From a virus (Duplodnaviria > Caudoviricetes): 62,293 nucleotides of DNA. The DNA is taken from IMG/VR virus record IMGVR_UViG_3300025687_000003, positions 1-62,293 of that record, one strand, 5' to 3'. The notes under the pieces were generated by a model. That model was given only the letters and a program-made list of their open reading frames with translations. It was not told the origin of the DNA and made no database searches. The translations under genes and the position numbers were made by a program. This document shows, piece by piece, positions 1 to 9,891 of this stretch; within the stretch, counting starts at the first letter, position 1, and each line of letters begins with the position of its first letter.

Positions 1-127
1 TGGATCGCCTTGGCGTAGCCGTCGGCGTCCGTCTTGCCGGGGCTGGTGAAGGCCGTGATGCCCCGCGCAGCCCGCGAGGGCCCCGCGATGACGTTGCCCA
101 CCGCGTTGGTGTGGATGCTGAGCACCA
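1..127. repeat. Terminal overlap, copy 1 (circular assembly)
   Basis: Identical to 62167-62293; falls inside the amidase ORF, typical of a k-mer overlap. Confidence 0.97.
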
Positions 128-392
128 CGTCCAGCTTGATGCTGTTGGCGTAGTCCTTGCGCCGCTTCAAGCTGGTGTCTCCGTCCTCAAGCGCGTGGAC
201 CGTCCCGACCTTCTTGCGGGCGACCAGGTCGTAGACCACGGCCCCCGCCTCGAGCAGCTGGTCCAGGACCTCCAGGGCGACCAGGCGGTTGATCTCCCCC
301 TCGACGGCCTCGTACCCGTCCCCGTCGAAGCGGTAGCGCTTGGCCCCCTCGGGCAGCCGCAGGCCGTGCCCGTAGTCCAAGCCGACGATCAT
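1..392 (-). CDS. N-acetylmuramoyl-L-alanine amidase (Amidase_3) endolysin, 5' part; continues across the origin to 61950
   Basis: ATG at 392 overlaps the upstream stop (ATGA); MIVGLDYGHG...EGEIN...SLKRRKDYAN...LSIHTNA zinc-amidase motifs; joined ORF is 202 aa. Confidence 0.92.
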   Translation of the reverse strand, partial: MIVGLDYGHGLRLPEGAKRYRFDGDGYEAVEGEINRLVALEVLDQLLEAGAVVYDLVARKKVGTVHALEDGDTSLKRRKDYANSIKLDVVLSIHTNAVGNVIAGPSRAARGITAFTSPGKTDADGYAKAI

Positions 393-1168
393 GCCGCCCC
401 CAGCCGCGCGCCGTGTAGGTGCGTCAGCGTGATGCCGCAGTCCGACGCTGCCGCCACGGTGGCGTAGTCGGTCTCCGCGTCGAAGCCTCCTGCGTCCACG
501 CGTAGGCGTGTCTGCTCGGCGGCGTCGTTCCGCGTCCAGGAGCTGAGGTCGTCCCAGGTAGGCGCCGAGCCCCCTGCGCTGGTGCTGTAGTAGCAGGCCG
601 TGTACCCCGTGCGCGTGTCGACGATCATCAACATGCGGCGGACGGTGCTCCCTTCGGCGACGGTGTCGTTGGTGGCAACGCCTCCGGTGATCGCCTGGGA
701 GTCCACATCTCCGTTGCCCCGCGCTCGGATCCGCACGCCCTCGGCGGCCGCGTCGGTCGGGTCCTGCTCGATCATCAGAACGTAGGCGTCCTGCGCCGTG
801 CTGTGGTCCACGGGGGTGACGAAGTCGGCGCACACGCCGATGATGTCTCCGTCTGAGACGCCGGGGATCACCTCCGTCAGCAGCATGCTCAGGCAGCCGG
901 TGTTGCGCGAGGTGGCGTTCCACGCCTGAACGCCGTCGGTGCGGAAGACGCACCCTGTGCCGTCCGGCCCGAGGGCGGAGTTGTTGCCCCCGTTCGTGAT
1001 CACGACGTCCGCGGAGCCGACGGTGTCGGCGCTCTCCCCGGTCCAGTCGTCTGCGGCCTCCGCTGTGAAGTCGTGGGTCGTGTTGATCCACTGCAGCGTG
1101 GCTGCGGCTGCGGGGGGCGTCGGTGTCACGACAGTGGCTGTGGTCACGACGGGGGCGACGGTCGCCAT
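389..1168 (-). CDS. Putative virion/tail protein, beta-rich, possibly lectin-like
   Basis: 259 aa, T/A/G/D-rich, translationally coupled in the late operon. Confidence 0.55.
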   Translation of the reverse strand: MATVAPVVTTATVVTPTPPAAAATLQWINTTHDFTAEAADDWTGESADTVGSADVVITNGGNNSALGPDGTGCVFRTDGVQAWNATSRNTGCLSMLLTEVIPGVSDGDIIGVCADFVTPVDHSTAQDAYVLMIEQDPTDAAAEGVRIRARGNGDVDSQAITGGVATNDTVAEGSTVRRMLMIVDTRTGYTACYYSTSAGGSAPTWDDLSSWTRNDAAEQTRLRVDAGGFDAETDYATVAAASDCGITLTHLHGARLGAA

Positions 1169-1626
1169 CAGTCGCAGTCCTCGGCGTAGAGCACCAGCCG
1201 GGCGGTGCCTCCGGTTGTGACGGTCGCCGGGGCCTTGATGCTGACGCCCACGGTCTCCGCTGCGGCATCGTCCGCCGGGTTGGAGCTGGCGTGGGCCGCG
1301 TACGTCGCCGGGGTGGCCCGCAGGTCGGTCTCGTCCGGCGCGGACGAGCTGGCGCCGGTGGCGTACACCACGCGACGGTGTACGTCCGTGACGATGGTGG
1401 CGATGTCCGCCGTCACCATGTTCGGCAGGTCGTAGGGGCCGTTGAACACGACGAAGTCGAAGGTGCCCGTGACGTTGCCGGTGAGCATCTCGAACACGGC
1501 ACGCACGATCTTGCCGCCCGTGCCGAGCTCCGCAGGGCGGAGAGGCACCAGCCAGTTGCCGGCGTCTCCCGTCGCGAATGTGAAGGTCAGCTCGGCGCGC
1601 TTGTTGCCTCGGCGGGCGCGGGCCAC
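1168..1626 (-). CDS. Putative virion structural protein (152 aa)
   Basis: GTG start just after the upstream stop; beta-strand-rich; ORF-track N-terminal extension overlaps the previous gene. Confidence 0.6.
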   Translation of the reverse strand: MARARRGNKRAELTFTFATGDAGNWLVPLRPAELGTGGKIVRAVFEMLTGNVTGTFDFVVFNGPYDLPNMVTADIATIVTDVHRRVVYATGASSSAPDETDLRATPATYAAHASSNPADDAAAETVGVSIKAPATVTTGGTARLVLYAEDCD

Positions 1627-1628
1627 GC

Positions 1629-2468
1629 CTACACCAGGTCCGCGAGGGTGACGACGCGGTAGGCGATCATCAGCTCCAGGGTGCTGAGCGGGGCGCCGGT
1701 GTTGTGCCACTCGGTCCCGGCGATGGTCGCCACCACCTTCGTCGCGGCGCGGAGGATGTAGCTCGCGGGGTTGAGGCGCATCCACGCGTCGGCGGTCGCG
1801 TCGCCGAAGTCCCGCGGGTCCACGTCCTGCGTCAGGACGTCCTCTCCGTCGTACTGCAGCCGGAAGAAGTCGGTCGCTGCGACGGCGTTGAACGCCTCAT
1901 CGACGTAGTCCAGCTTGACGACGGCGTGGACCAGATCGATGGCGGTTCCTGCAGCGGGCGCTGCCAGGGCGTCCACGGGCGTGGCGTTGAGCGTCCGCAC
2001 CGCGGCGTTGGCGATGCTCAGCGGCATGTACAGGATGGTGCGGTCGAAGTCCTGCGGGTGGAGCTTCACCAGGTTGGTGCCGACGACGGTGCCGACGCGC
2101 GGACCGCCGTTCGCCGTGAGCACCAGCTCGCCGGCGTTGGCGCTGTCCAGGTACACGGGGTCCTGGTCGCTGAAGCCCGTGGTGTCGACCGTGACCAGCG
2201 CCTCGCGGGACATGCGGGGCTTCTGGTCGTCGTCCACGTCGAACTGCCCGTGGGTCACCCAGATGTCGCCCTTGCCCGTCGCCGTGGCGGGGATGACGCG
2301 CTTGGCGCTCTCCTGGGCGGTGGTCTCCTCGGCGAGGATGGCGTTGGCGCCAAACGCCGTGACGCAGATCGCCGTCCAGCGGTTGCGGTCGACCCGGATG
2401 TCCGGCTCCACGCTGCGCGCTGCGAGGTTGGAAGGACGGTCTGCGATGCGCGTGATGTCGAGGCCCAC
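1629..2468 (-). CDS. Putative capsid decoration/cement-like virion protein
   Basis: GGAG RBS before GTG 2468; VDTTGFSDQDPVYLD..AGEL...RVGTV resembles DUF2190-like cement proteins. Confidence 0.6.
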   Translation of the reverse strand: MGLDITRIADRPSNLAARSVEPDIRVDRNRWTAICVTAFGANAILAEETTAQESAKRVIPATATGKGDIWVTHGQFDVDDDQKPRMSREALVTVDTTGFSDQDPVYLDSANAGELVLTANGGPRVGTVVGTNLVKLHPQDFDRTILYMPLSIANAAVRTLNATPVDALAAPAAGTAIDLVHAVVKLDYVDEAFNAVAATDFFRLQYDGEDVLTQDVDPRDFGDATADAWMRLNPASYILRAATKVVATIAGTEWHNTGAPLSTLELMIAYRVVTLADLV

Positions 2469-2506
2469 TTTCGTCTCCGCGTAGGGGTCAGGGAAAGTTC
2501 TTCGCT

Positions 2507-2536
2507 TGCGTAGCACGGCGAGGGGGCGGCGCGCAA
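2507..2536 (-). promoter_or_regulatory. Sigma70-like promoter for the virion/lysis operon
   Basis: TTGCGC-N18-TACGCA with an extended TG. Confidence 0.45.
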
Positions 2537-2548
2537 GGAGTAGCGCGC

Positions 2549-2699
2549 TGGCACGGAACTTGAAACGCGGCTGCGCGTGCGCGCCCGCCCCCGATCAAGT
2601 CCTTTTTGACAGACTCAGCTTTAGATTTCAGGCCCCTTTAATTTTTTCGCCAACCCGAAAAACCAGTCGCGTGCGCGCGCCCGCGCCGCGCGCGTATAG
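2549..2699 (+). repeat. Long inverted repeat, copy A
   Basis: Reverse complement of 40147-40299 with 3 substitutions and one 2-bp indel. Confidence 0.97.
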
Positions 2700-2778
2700 T
2701 CGACCGAGGCGCTAAGCGCAAATCGCGATCGGACGATCGTCTGCGTGCGTAGCCCCCGTCGGGCTCATAGGGGAGGGC

Positions 2779-3684
2779 ATGGCCACCTATCAACGCTCTG
2801 GCGCCGCCCTACGACAGCCTGGACTCGCGGCGGAGATCGCGCGGCGGCCCCACGTCCGCTTCCTTCAGCCGAGGGACGGCTGGACGCCGGACGACTTCGC
2901 TCAGACCATCGCGCTGCTCAGCGCTACGCAGGACGCACCCATGAAGGTCGTTGCTTTGGAGTCGCCGTTCGCGGGCGACGTCGCCCGAAATGTCGCCTAC
3001 GCGGAGGCCTGCGTTCGCGAGTGCGCGCTGCGCTACGGCGAGGCCGCCTTCGCCATGCACCTGTACTTCCCTCACGCGCTGCAGGACCTGGACGACGCCG
3101 AGCGCAGCGTCGGTATCGAAGCCGGCCTGGCGCTGGTCGGCGCACTCCAGGCGGAGGCCTCCGTGGTCTACGTCGACCTGGGGGTGTCCTCCGGCATGCG
3201 CCAAGGCATCAAGGACGCCTGGGCCAAGGGCCGGGCCGTCGTCTTGGCCCGCCTGGGCGCAGGCCGCCTGCCGATCGAGAAGGGCGCCTGGGCCATGGTC
3301 GACTTCTTCGCGGAGAGCGCCAGCGGCTGGACGCCCCCGGAGCGGCCCGCCGCGCCGGCGGAGGCCCCGACGCCGGCGAAGCCCGCCCCGGCCGGGGCGG
3401 AGCCGGACCCCGAGGCGCCCTTCGACGTCGAGAGCCTCCAGGAAGGCGACGTCGTCATGATCCTGCACACAGGCACCCAGGATCAGCGGGACTACCGCTA
3501 CGAAGAGAAGGGACCCGACGCCGACCCCGAGGCGTTCAAGAAGAGCCTGCGAGAGCTGGGCAACGGCTGGACGATCCAGCTGGTCATGCGCGGCCAGACC
3601 ACGCTGTGGCGCATGCCTGCCCCTCCGGAGGTCTTCCACGAAGACCCCCCGCCGTACGTCGCCCCCACGAAGGACGCATCATGA
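2779..3684 (+). CDS. Nucleoside 2-deoxyribosyltransferase-like (DUF7768/DUF4406-like) protein with extra C-terminal domain
   Basis: GGAGG RBS; ESPFAGDVARNVAYA...AFAMHLYFP..L.D....ER..GIEAG...VYVDLGVSSGMRQGI signature. Confidence 0.72.
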   Translation: MATYQRSGAALRQPGLAAEIARRPHVRFLQPRDGWTPDDFAQTIALLSATQDAPMKVVALESPFAGDVARNVAYAEACVRECALRYGEAAFAMHLYFPHALQDLDDAERSVGIEAGLALVGALQAEASVVYVDLGVSSGMRQGIKDAWAKGRAVVLARLGAGRLPIEKGAWAMVDFFAESASGWTPPERPAAPAEAPTPAKPAPAGAEPDPEAPFDVESLQEGDVVMILHTGTQDQRDYRYEEKGPDADPEAFKKSLRELGNGWTIQLVMRGQTTLWRMPAPPEVFHEDPPPYVAPTKDAS

Positions 3685-3818
3685 GTCTCCTCGACTTCTT
3701 CCTGGCCGCGGTCGCCGTCTACGCAGGCTGGGCCTTCGCAGGCACAGGCTTCATCGTCGCCATCCTCCTGGTCGGAGGGGTCCTGTTCGTGCTGACATCC
3801 AGAATGGAGACCTCGTGA
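3681..3818 (+). CDS. Small membrane protein
   Basis: ATGA overlap; 45 aa almost entirely hydrophobic. Confidence 0.6.
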   Translation: MSLLDFFLAAVAVYAGWAFAGTGFIVAILLVGGVLFVLTSRMETS

Positions 3819-4147
3819 GCGACCTGTCGCCGTGGCAGCCGCAGCACCGTTCGGTGTCGTCGATGGCGGAGAGCGGCACGGCCCAGATCCAACGCCTCTA
3901 CGAGATGGCCTTGAACGCAGAACCCTCGCGCATCCCCGACAGGGTCTACGTCATGTCGTTTGAAGACTGGCGCGGCGTGAGGGGGTACATGCTCCGAGGC
4001 CGCCTCAACCCGCCGATCCCCGTCCTTCGCCACTGGTGGACGGGTTGGCTCGGTCGGACGAACAAGAGCTTCAAGCGCACTCGGCTGGCGGACATCCGCC
4101 GCAAGTGGCGCAACGCCATCACCCCGCCGCCTGCGGAGAAGGCATGA
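3815..4147 (+). CDS. Hypothetical protein
   Basis: GTGA coupling, GGAG RBS. Confidence 0.6.
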   Translation: MSDLSPWQPQHRSVSSMAESGTAQIQRLYEMALNAEPSRIPDRVYVMSFEDWRGVRGYMLRGRLNPPIPVLRHWWTGWLGRTNKSFKRTRLADIRRKWRNAITPPPAEKA

Positions 4148-4365
4148 GCAAGAAGAAGGCCCTGATCTGCGCTCTCCGCCGAAGAGGCGTTCGGGTTCTG
4201 CTACCCTCTCCAGGAGACGCAGACACCCGAGCAGTGCTTCGCCTTGGTTCCCCGAGGCACCACATCAAGTACCGCCTGCACCTCGTCGCTGCTGCCGCAG
4301 GAGACGTAGAGAAGACCGCGGCCTGTGTGGCCGAAACCATGGCGCGCGCCGCGCTCTCTACTTGA
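4144..4365 (+). CDS. Hypothetical protein
   Basis: ATGA coupling. Confidence 0.5.
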   Translation: MSKKKALICALRRRGVRVLLPSPGDADTRAVLRLGSPRHHIKYRLHLVAAAAGDVEKTAACVAETMARAALST

Positions 4366-7300
4366 TCTCGCGCAGTTCGTAGTCCGCGCCCAGCTGCTCG
4401 AGCGCCAGCTTCCCCGCGCCGCCCTGCACGGGCTTCGCCGGGGTGCCGAGCTCCAGGGCCCCGATCTCGCGCCAGACCTCCGGCTCCAGCGCCTGGGCGA
4501 AGAAGTCGTTGGCCTCGGTGCTGAGCGAGCGCCGGAGCACAGGCTCCAGGTCCCGCGCCACGCGGTTGACGCCCGGCATCAGGCGGGTGCCCCAGATGCG
4601 GCTGGCGGGCCCCCGGTAGCGGTAGCCGGTCTCCGACGCGGCGAACTTGTACTGCACGGGGATACCGACCATGCCCAGCAGCTTGGCCTCCGCCGGCGAC
4701 GCCGTCAGCTTCCCGTCGTAGCTCTCGTACGCCTTGTCCATGCCCAGCAGGCGCGCCGCCACCGGGTTCAGGAACGTCGCCGTGGTCGTCTTGAGGTGCT
4801 GCGCGTACTGCTCGGCCTCCAACCCGGTCGACCGGGTCCGGCCGGCGCCGTCGATGAACAGCGCCGTCTGCAGCGCCGTGTTGAACATCATCAGGCTCAG
4901 GTCGTGGGCCATGATGTTGGGCAGCGCCGTGGCCATGGTCGTGGTCGGCGCGCCCTTGTAGCGCACGCCCATCATGGCCTCCTCCTCGGTCGCCGGGCGT
5001 GTGATGAAGTGCTGCCCCGACGTCTGGCTCCACCACGGGAGCTCCCGCCGCAGCGACTCCATGTCGCCCTCGCCCTCCTCCGACAGCGCACGCGTGACGA
5101 TGTCTCCGGCCTTCCACAGGTCCATCATCCGCTTGGCCTTGGCGGGGTCCATGAGCGCCGCCACGGTGTGCCTGATGCCGTTCTCCCACATGGTCGGGAA
5201 CATCATCAGGGGGATGCCCGCACGCAGCTCCGTGATGGTGCCCGCGTGCGTGTAGCTCCAGTCGAAGTACGCTTCGCGGACCAGGGCGCCGGACTCCGCC
5301 GCGGTCGCTCCTTCCCTGATCCGGCGTTGCATGTACGCGGCGACCCGCTGCCCGGACTCCAGGTCGTCCATCCACCGGCTGTACCGAGTGGGGTTGGCCT
5401 TCAGCCCCTGCCACATGCGGTCGACCAACGACCCTCCGGGCATGCCGGTGGCCAGGGCCACGCCCGCGTCCTCCAGCAGCAGCGTGCTGGCCTTGGTGGA
5501 GTAGACCCCCTCCCGCGCCATCTCGCGGATCAGGTGCCCCTTCGTCAGCGACTCGCCGCGCTTGGTCACGAAGACGAAGTCGTCCGGCATGATGCGGCTG
5601 TCGAACATGCCGTTGACCCACATGTTCATGCGGCGGACCTGGAACGGCGGCAGGACGTTGTCGGTCTTGAACTTCTCGACGTTGTGCTTGATGATGCGGC
5701 TGAAGGCGTTGTCGATGGGCGCGTACCCGAAGTACACCGGGTCCGCCATCTGCCACGGCACCTGCCCCCGCGACGCGATCGTGTTCAGGACGGCGTCGAC
5801 GTGCCCGCGAGACGTCGAGACCTGGCCCATGACGCCGACCAGGTTCTTGTAGTAGTAGGAGGCCTTCGGGGCGATCAGCCCTGTCGTGAGGCCCCACCGC
5901 ATCAGCATCATGGCGCGCTGGGCGTTCGTCCCCAGCGTCTGCACGACGCTCGCCGTGGTGGCGGCCTTGACCGGGTCCGCCGCCTTCTCGAAGCGAGCGA
6001 GGCCCTCCTCCATCGCCCGCATGTACGACGTCGGGACCAGCGCCTTGATGGCGGCGTCCGCGTTCTCGACCCCGCGGAGGCCCTGCAGGTCCACGATCTG
6101 GCGCTGCTTCTGCGCCAGGCCGCGGGCGGTGCGCGGGGGCACGCCCAGCTTCTCCAGCACGGCCAGGCCCTGGGCCGCGTCGAGGACCTTCTCCTGGGAG
6201 CCGGCCAGGCCCTGGGCGCTTTGCAGCGCCCTGGCGTCGAAGCCCGCCACGCGAGCAGCCAGGGCGTCGAAGACGCGGTTCATGGACGCGGCGTTGACGA
6301 TGCCGGCCGCCATGAAGGTGTGGGAGCGCACGTCGTCGAACGCGGCTGCGCTCTCCCCGAAGGGCTTGCGCGACTGCGCTGCCAGGTCGTCGTACGTGAA
6401 GCGCGCGTACGACCCGTCCTTGCCCTTCTTGAACACCAGCTTGGCGAGGCTCTCGACGGCCGCGTCCGTGGCCTTGCCTGTGGACGTGCCGGTGCCGCCG
6501 AACGCCTTGGCGGCGACGTGGAAGGACTGCGCGTTCTTGGCCCCCTCCTCGCCGAGCTTGCGCCAGGCGGCGACCGCCTCCTCGAACGGCGTCGCAGCGC
6601 CTCCGCTTCGGAAGCGGGACGACCCGCCTGTCGGCAGAGGCTCCGTCAGGAAGCCCTTGATCTGCTTCACCGCGCTCTCTCGCACGGCCCACAGCTTCAG
6701 CACGTCCTTGCGCGGGAGCTTGGTCGCGGTCGGGTTCGCCTTGCGCCACGCCGCGGCCGCCTGCTCCAGGTCGACGCGCTTCATGACGTGCTTGTAGAAC
6801 ATCCCCATGGTGGCGCCCAGGTCGTCCAGACCCATCTGGCTGAAGCTCACGCCCATCCGAGCGATGTTCAGGGTCTCCTCGTTGCCGACCCCGAAGCGCT
6901 TGAGCAGCGGGCCGATCTTCAGGGTGCGGATCACGCCGTCGACGTGGGCGAACATCTGGTACGCCGCCGGGGCCCCGCGCAGACGCAGGTTCCCCAGCTT
7001 GGCCAGGTGGATGCCCATGGACCAGGCGCTGAACGGGTCCGCCGACGCCCGCGCGGCGAAGGTCCGGACCAGCTCGGAGAGCTCCACGTCCGTCGGCCGC
7101 ACGCCCTTCTCCAACGCCTGCAGCGTCTTGTCCCCGCGCAACGCCTCGAAGGCCTCCCCGCCGTACGTGCCGCGGAACTCCTTGAGCAGGTCCTCCGTCT
7201 TGGTGCCCTTGAAGCGGTAGAAGTCGTAGAGGCCGGCTTCTTCCGCCGTGCTGCCTCCGGCCCGGATCCGAGCCGCGGTCTTCTCCGAACTCTCCGCCAT

Positions 7301-9859
7301 GGCGCGAGCCAGGGAGCGCACGCCTCCGAAGCGCACGCCCGTCTGCAAGCCCTTCGCCTCCAGGATGGGGCGCTTGGCCCGGGACAGGCCCAGGTCCTTC
7401 GGCGAGCTCTTCAGCATCTCGTTCAGGTCCATCATGAAGCTGCGGTGAGCCACGCGCAGCTTCATGGCTCCAGGGGCTGCCGGCAACGCTCGCGTGGCCT
7501 CCACCAGCAAGGCCTCCAGGCCGTCCCCCGAGCTCTTCAGCGCCTCGCGCAAGGCGTAGATGGCCTTGTCGGCGACACCGCCGCTGGCCTGGATGTGGCG
7601 CTGCATCGCGTGCCGGTACCGCAGCTGCGCCTTGGCGAGCGCCTCGCGGGCCGCGTCGTCTCCCTTGGACGCCATTCGCGTCATGGCGTCGTCCAGTACG
7701 CGCGAGGCGGCCTTGAACTCCACCAGCGCAGGCAGGGCCCCCTCCGTTTTGGAGGCCCCGCGCACCAACGCACCCAGCTTCTCCAGGCGCTGGATGGACG
7801 TCGTCGCCAACGCCTCCTGCGCGCGCACGGCCGCCAGCTTGTACTGGAGCCCGACCATCTCCCGCTCGGCGACCTTCAGCACCGTCTCGGGGGGCAGGGT
7901 GTCGGGCAGGTGCTGGAAGCGCAGCGTGGGGGCCCAGCCGTCGACGACCTTGTCCGTGCCGAAGCTCTTGAAACGCGCGCGTCGCGGAGGCAGCGCGTCG
8001 GTCCCCGTCTTCTTGGGCAGGGAGGCCAGCAGCTCCTGGACGTTGCGCTCCGCCTTCTCCGCCGCCTTGGCGTGCTTCTGGATCCGGCCGGCGAAGTGCT
8101 GGGCCTGCGGACTGCCCCCCACGCCCTTGCGCACCTGCTCCAGCACGGCCTCTTTGGCCTGGGTGCCCAGGCGCTTGTCTGCGAGCAGCGCCTCGACCGC
8201 GCGCTCCTGCGTCGCCAGGTCCTCGCCCGCGGCACTCATCGACGCCTCGAAGTCTCGGAACGCCGCCAGCTCGCGCTCGGTCGCCCGAGCGTAGACCTCC
8301 AGCTTGGCGCCCTTGGCCACGCTGCGCGCCGTCTTCGCGGCGCCCAGGGCTCCGAACAGGATGTCCGGCGTCGACACGGCCACGGCCAGGGGGCCCAGCA
8401 CGCTGCGGGAGAACTCCTGCGCAGGCAGGGGCTCGACGCCCATCAGCGCCCCCAGGGGGCCCTGCACGGGCTGCATCTCCGTCATGGGTGTGCCGTCGCG
8501 GATCGCTCCGGGGAGCGCCGCCAAGCTGCGGCCCGGCCGGAGCAGGAACGCCTGGGCTGCGTCCTGGAAGTCCATCACGGCGTTGTCCGCCGGGTTGATG
8601 CCGACGATCTCCTCGACCGTGTCGAAGACGTTGCCGCCGGTCAATGCCTTCCAGCCCAGCCAGAAGCCCGACAGACTCATCGGGACCTGGTCCCGTTCGG
8701 CCATCTCGTAGCTGCTCTCGTTGTTGCGCACGCGGTCGATGACGTCAGGCGCCGCCAGGGCGCGGCTCACGGACTCGCTGTACGTCAGGCCGTCGTCGGC
8801 GTCGCGCAAGCCCTTGGCGTGCTCCTGCACCGCCAGCACGGGGAAGACGAAGTCCTGAGCGACCTTGTGGAGCAGGTTCCAGTCGCCTCGCCCGTAGCCG
8901 TGGTGCGGGTAGAGCATGGCCGCGGTCGCCCGCGCAGGCACAAGACCGATGCGTTCGGGGATCCGGCCGATGGCGCCGGCGTCGTCGATGAGGCCCGGGG
9001 CGACCCACTCGATCGGCGCCTTGCCGGTCGTGGCCTTGATCGCCGCGGCAGCAACGGGCCCCGGCAGGGGCATCGCCATCAGGTCGAACGCCAGTCGCGC
9101 GGGAGAGCCCTCCTCGAGCACGCCCTCGGTCATGTCCAGGACAGCGCGCTGCAGGTCGGCCGCGCGCCCGGCCAGGTTGCCTTCGACGCTGGCCGTCGGG
9201 AGCAGTCCTGCAGCCAGCGCCTCGTTGTCCTGGTCGGGCGTCAGCGCCCGGGTCGGGTCCATCGCCGGGGGCGTGGCGTCCCGATCTTCGATCAGCGCTG
9301 CGGTGTAGCGCACGGCTTCGTTTCGGAGCCGCGCTCGGGTCGCCGCCTTTTGCTCGTTCGTCAGCGGCTGCCCCAACGCGATGATCGACCGCGCCTCCTT
9401 CTCGATCAGCCGGGCGTGGACCTGGTACAGCGTGGACTCCGGGTCGTCGAAGCTCCCGAACTCCAGCCGGTCGATCATCACGCCCGTCTGAGGGTCGGCC
9501 TGCGGCACCGACCGGGTCGTGATGCCCGTGTAGTCGAAGTCCACGCCAGGAGGGGGCGCCGGCGCCGCCACCTGGAAGGGGTCGTCCGTGGTCAGGTCTG
9601 CCGCCCCTGAGTATCGCCGGGCGGTCCTGTCCGCGTGGTCCTTGCGATGCTCCTCGGCGCGGTAGTCCAGGTCGTCCGGCAGGGCGATAGGGCGCAGAGG
9701 CACCTTGATGCCTCCCGCAGCCTCGGGGATCGGACCAAGACCGAGGGGCACCTTGATGCCCTCCACAGCCTCGGGGATCGGGCCCAGGGCAGACGCCCCC
9801 TGCACATCGCTGTGGGGCTGCGGCGTCTGGAGCTCGGGAGGCAGGCGGATCGTGGACAT
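4358..9859 (-). CDS. Large internal virion/DNA ejection-like protein (1833 aa)
   Basis: Very large helical Ala-rich ORF at the end of a podovirus-like structural module; function inferred from size and position. Confidence 0.65.
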   Translation of the reverse strand: MSTIRLPPELQTPQPHSDVQGASALGPIPEAVEGIKVPLGLGPIPEAAGGIKVPLRPIALPDDLDYRAEEHRKDHADRTARRYSGAADLTTDDPFQVAAPAPPPGVDFDYTGITTRSVPQADPQTGVMIDRLEFGSFDDPESTLYQVHARLIEKEARSIIALGQPLTNEQKAATRARLRNEAVRYTAALIEDRDATPPAMDPTRALTPDQDNEALAAGLLPTASVEGNLAGRAADLQRAVLDMTEGVLEEGSPARLAFDLMAMPLPGPVAAAAIKATTGKAPIEWVAPGLIDDAGAIGRIPERIGLVPARATAAMLYPHHGYGRGDWNLLHKVAQDFVFPVLAVQEHAKGLRDADDGLTYSESVSRALAAPDVIDRVRNNESSYEMAERDQVPMSLSGFWLGWKALTGGNVFDTVEEIVGINPADNAVMDFQDAAQAFLLRPGRSLAALPGAIRDGTPMTEMQPVQGPLGALMGVEPLPAQEFSRSVLGPLAVAVSTPDILFGALGAAKTARSVAKGAKLEVYARATERELAAFRDFEASMSAAGEDLATQERAVEALLADKRLGTQAKEAVLEQVRKGVGGSPQAQHFAGRIQKHAKAAEKAERNVQELLASLPKKTGTDALPPRRARFKSFGTDKVVDGWAPTLRFQHLPDTLPPETVLKVAEREMVGLQYKLAAVRAQEALATTSIQRLEKLGALVRGASKTEGALPALVEFKAASRVLDDAMTRMASKGDDAAREALAKAQLRYRHAMQRHIQASGGVADKAIYALREALKSSGDGLEALLVEATRALPAAPGAMKLRVAHRSFMMDLNEMLKSSPKDLGLSRAKRPILEAKGLQTGVRFGGVRSLARAMAESSEKTAARIRAGGSTAEEAGLYDFYRFKGTKTEDLLKEFRGTYGGEAFEALRGDKTLQALEKGVRPTDVELSELVRTFAARASADPFSAWSMGIHLAKLGNLRLRGAPAAYQMFAHVDGVIRTLKIGPLLKRFGVGNEETLNIARMGVSFSQMGLDDLGATMGMFYKHVMKRVDLEQAAAAWRKANPTATKLPRKDVLKLWAVRESAVKQIKGFLTEPLPTGGSSRFRSGGAATPFEEAVAAWRKLGEEGAKNAQSFHVAAKAFGGTGTSTGKATDAAVESLAKLVFKKGKDGSYARFTYDDLAAQSRKPFGESAAAFDDVRSHTFMAAGIVNAASMNRVFDALAARVAGFDARALQSAQGLAGSQEKVLDAAQGLAVLEKLGVPPRTARGLAQKQRQIVDLQGLRGVENADAAIKALVPTSYMRAMEEGLARFEKAADPVKAATTASVVQTLGTNAQRAMMLMRWGLTTGLIAPKASYYYKNLVGVMGQVSTSRGHVDAVLNTIASRGQVPWQMADPVYFGYAPIDNAFSRIIKHNVEKFKTDNVLPPFQVRRMNMWVNGMFDSRIMPDDFVFVTKRGESLTKGHLIREMAREGVYSTKASTLLLEDAGVALATGMPGGSLVDRMWQGLKANPTRYSRWMDDLESGQRVAAYMQRRIREGATAAESGALVREAYFDWSYTHAGTITELRAGIPLMMFPTMWENGIRHTVAALMDPAKAKRMMDLWKAGDIVTRALSEEGEGDMESLRRELPWWSQTSGQHFITRPATEEEAMMGVRYKGAPTTTMATALPNIMAHDLSLMMFNTALQTALFIDGAGRTRSTGLEAEQYAQHLKTTTATFLNPVAARLLGMDKAYESYDGKLTASPAEAKLLGMVGIPVQYKFAASETGYRYRGPASRIWGTRLMPGVNRVARDLEPVLRRSLSTEANDFFAQALEPEVWREIGALELGTPAKPVQGGAGKLALEQLGADYELREIK

Positions 9860-9891
9860 GCCCGGAGCCTAACACCCAGGACGGACGGGGA

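Noticed and set aside
4325-9610. 1761-aa plus-strand ORF and other long antisense ORFs (e.g. 9946-12678, 23009-25174, 55862-58231)
   Set aside because: Shadow frames of high-GC genes; Arg/Gly/Leu-rich, with no motifs or RBS
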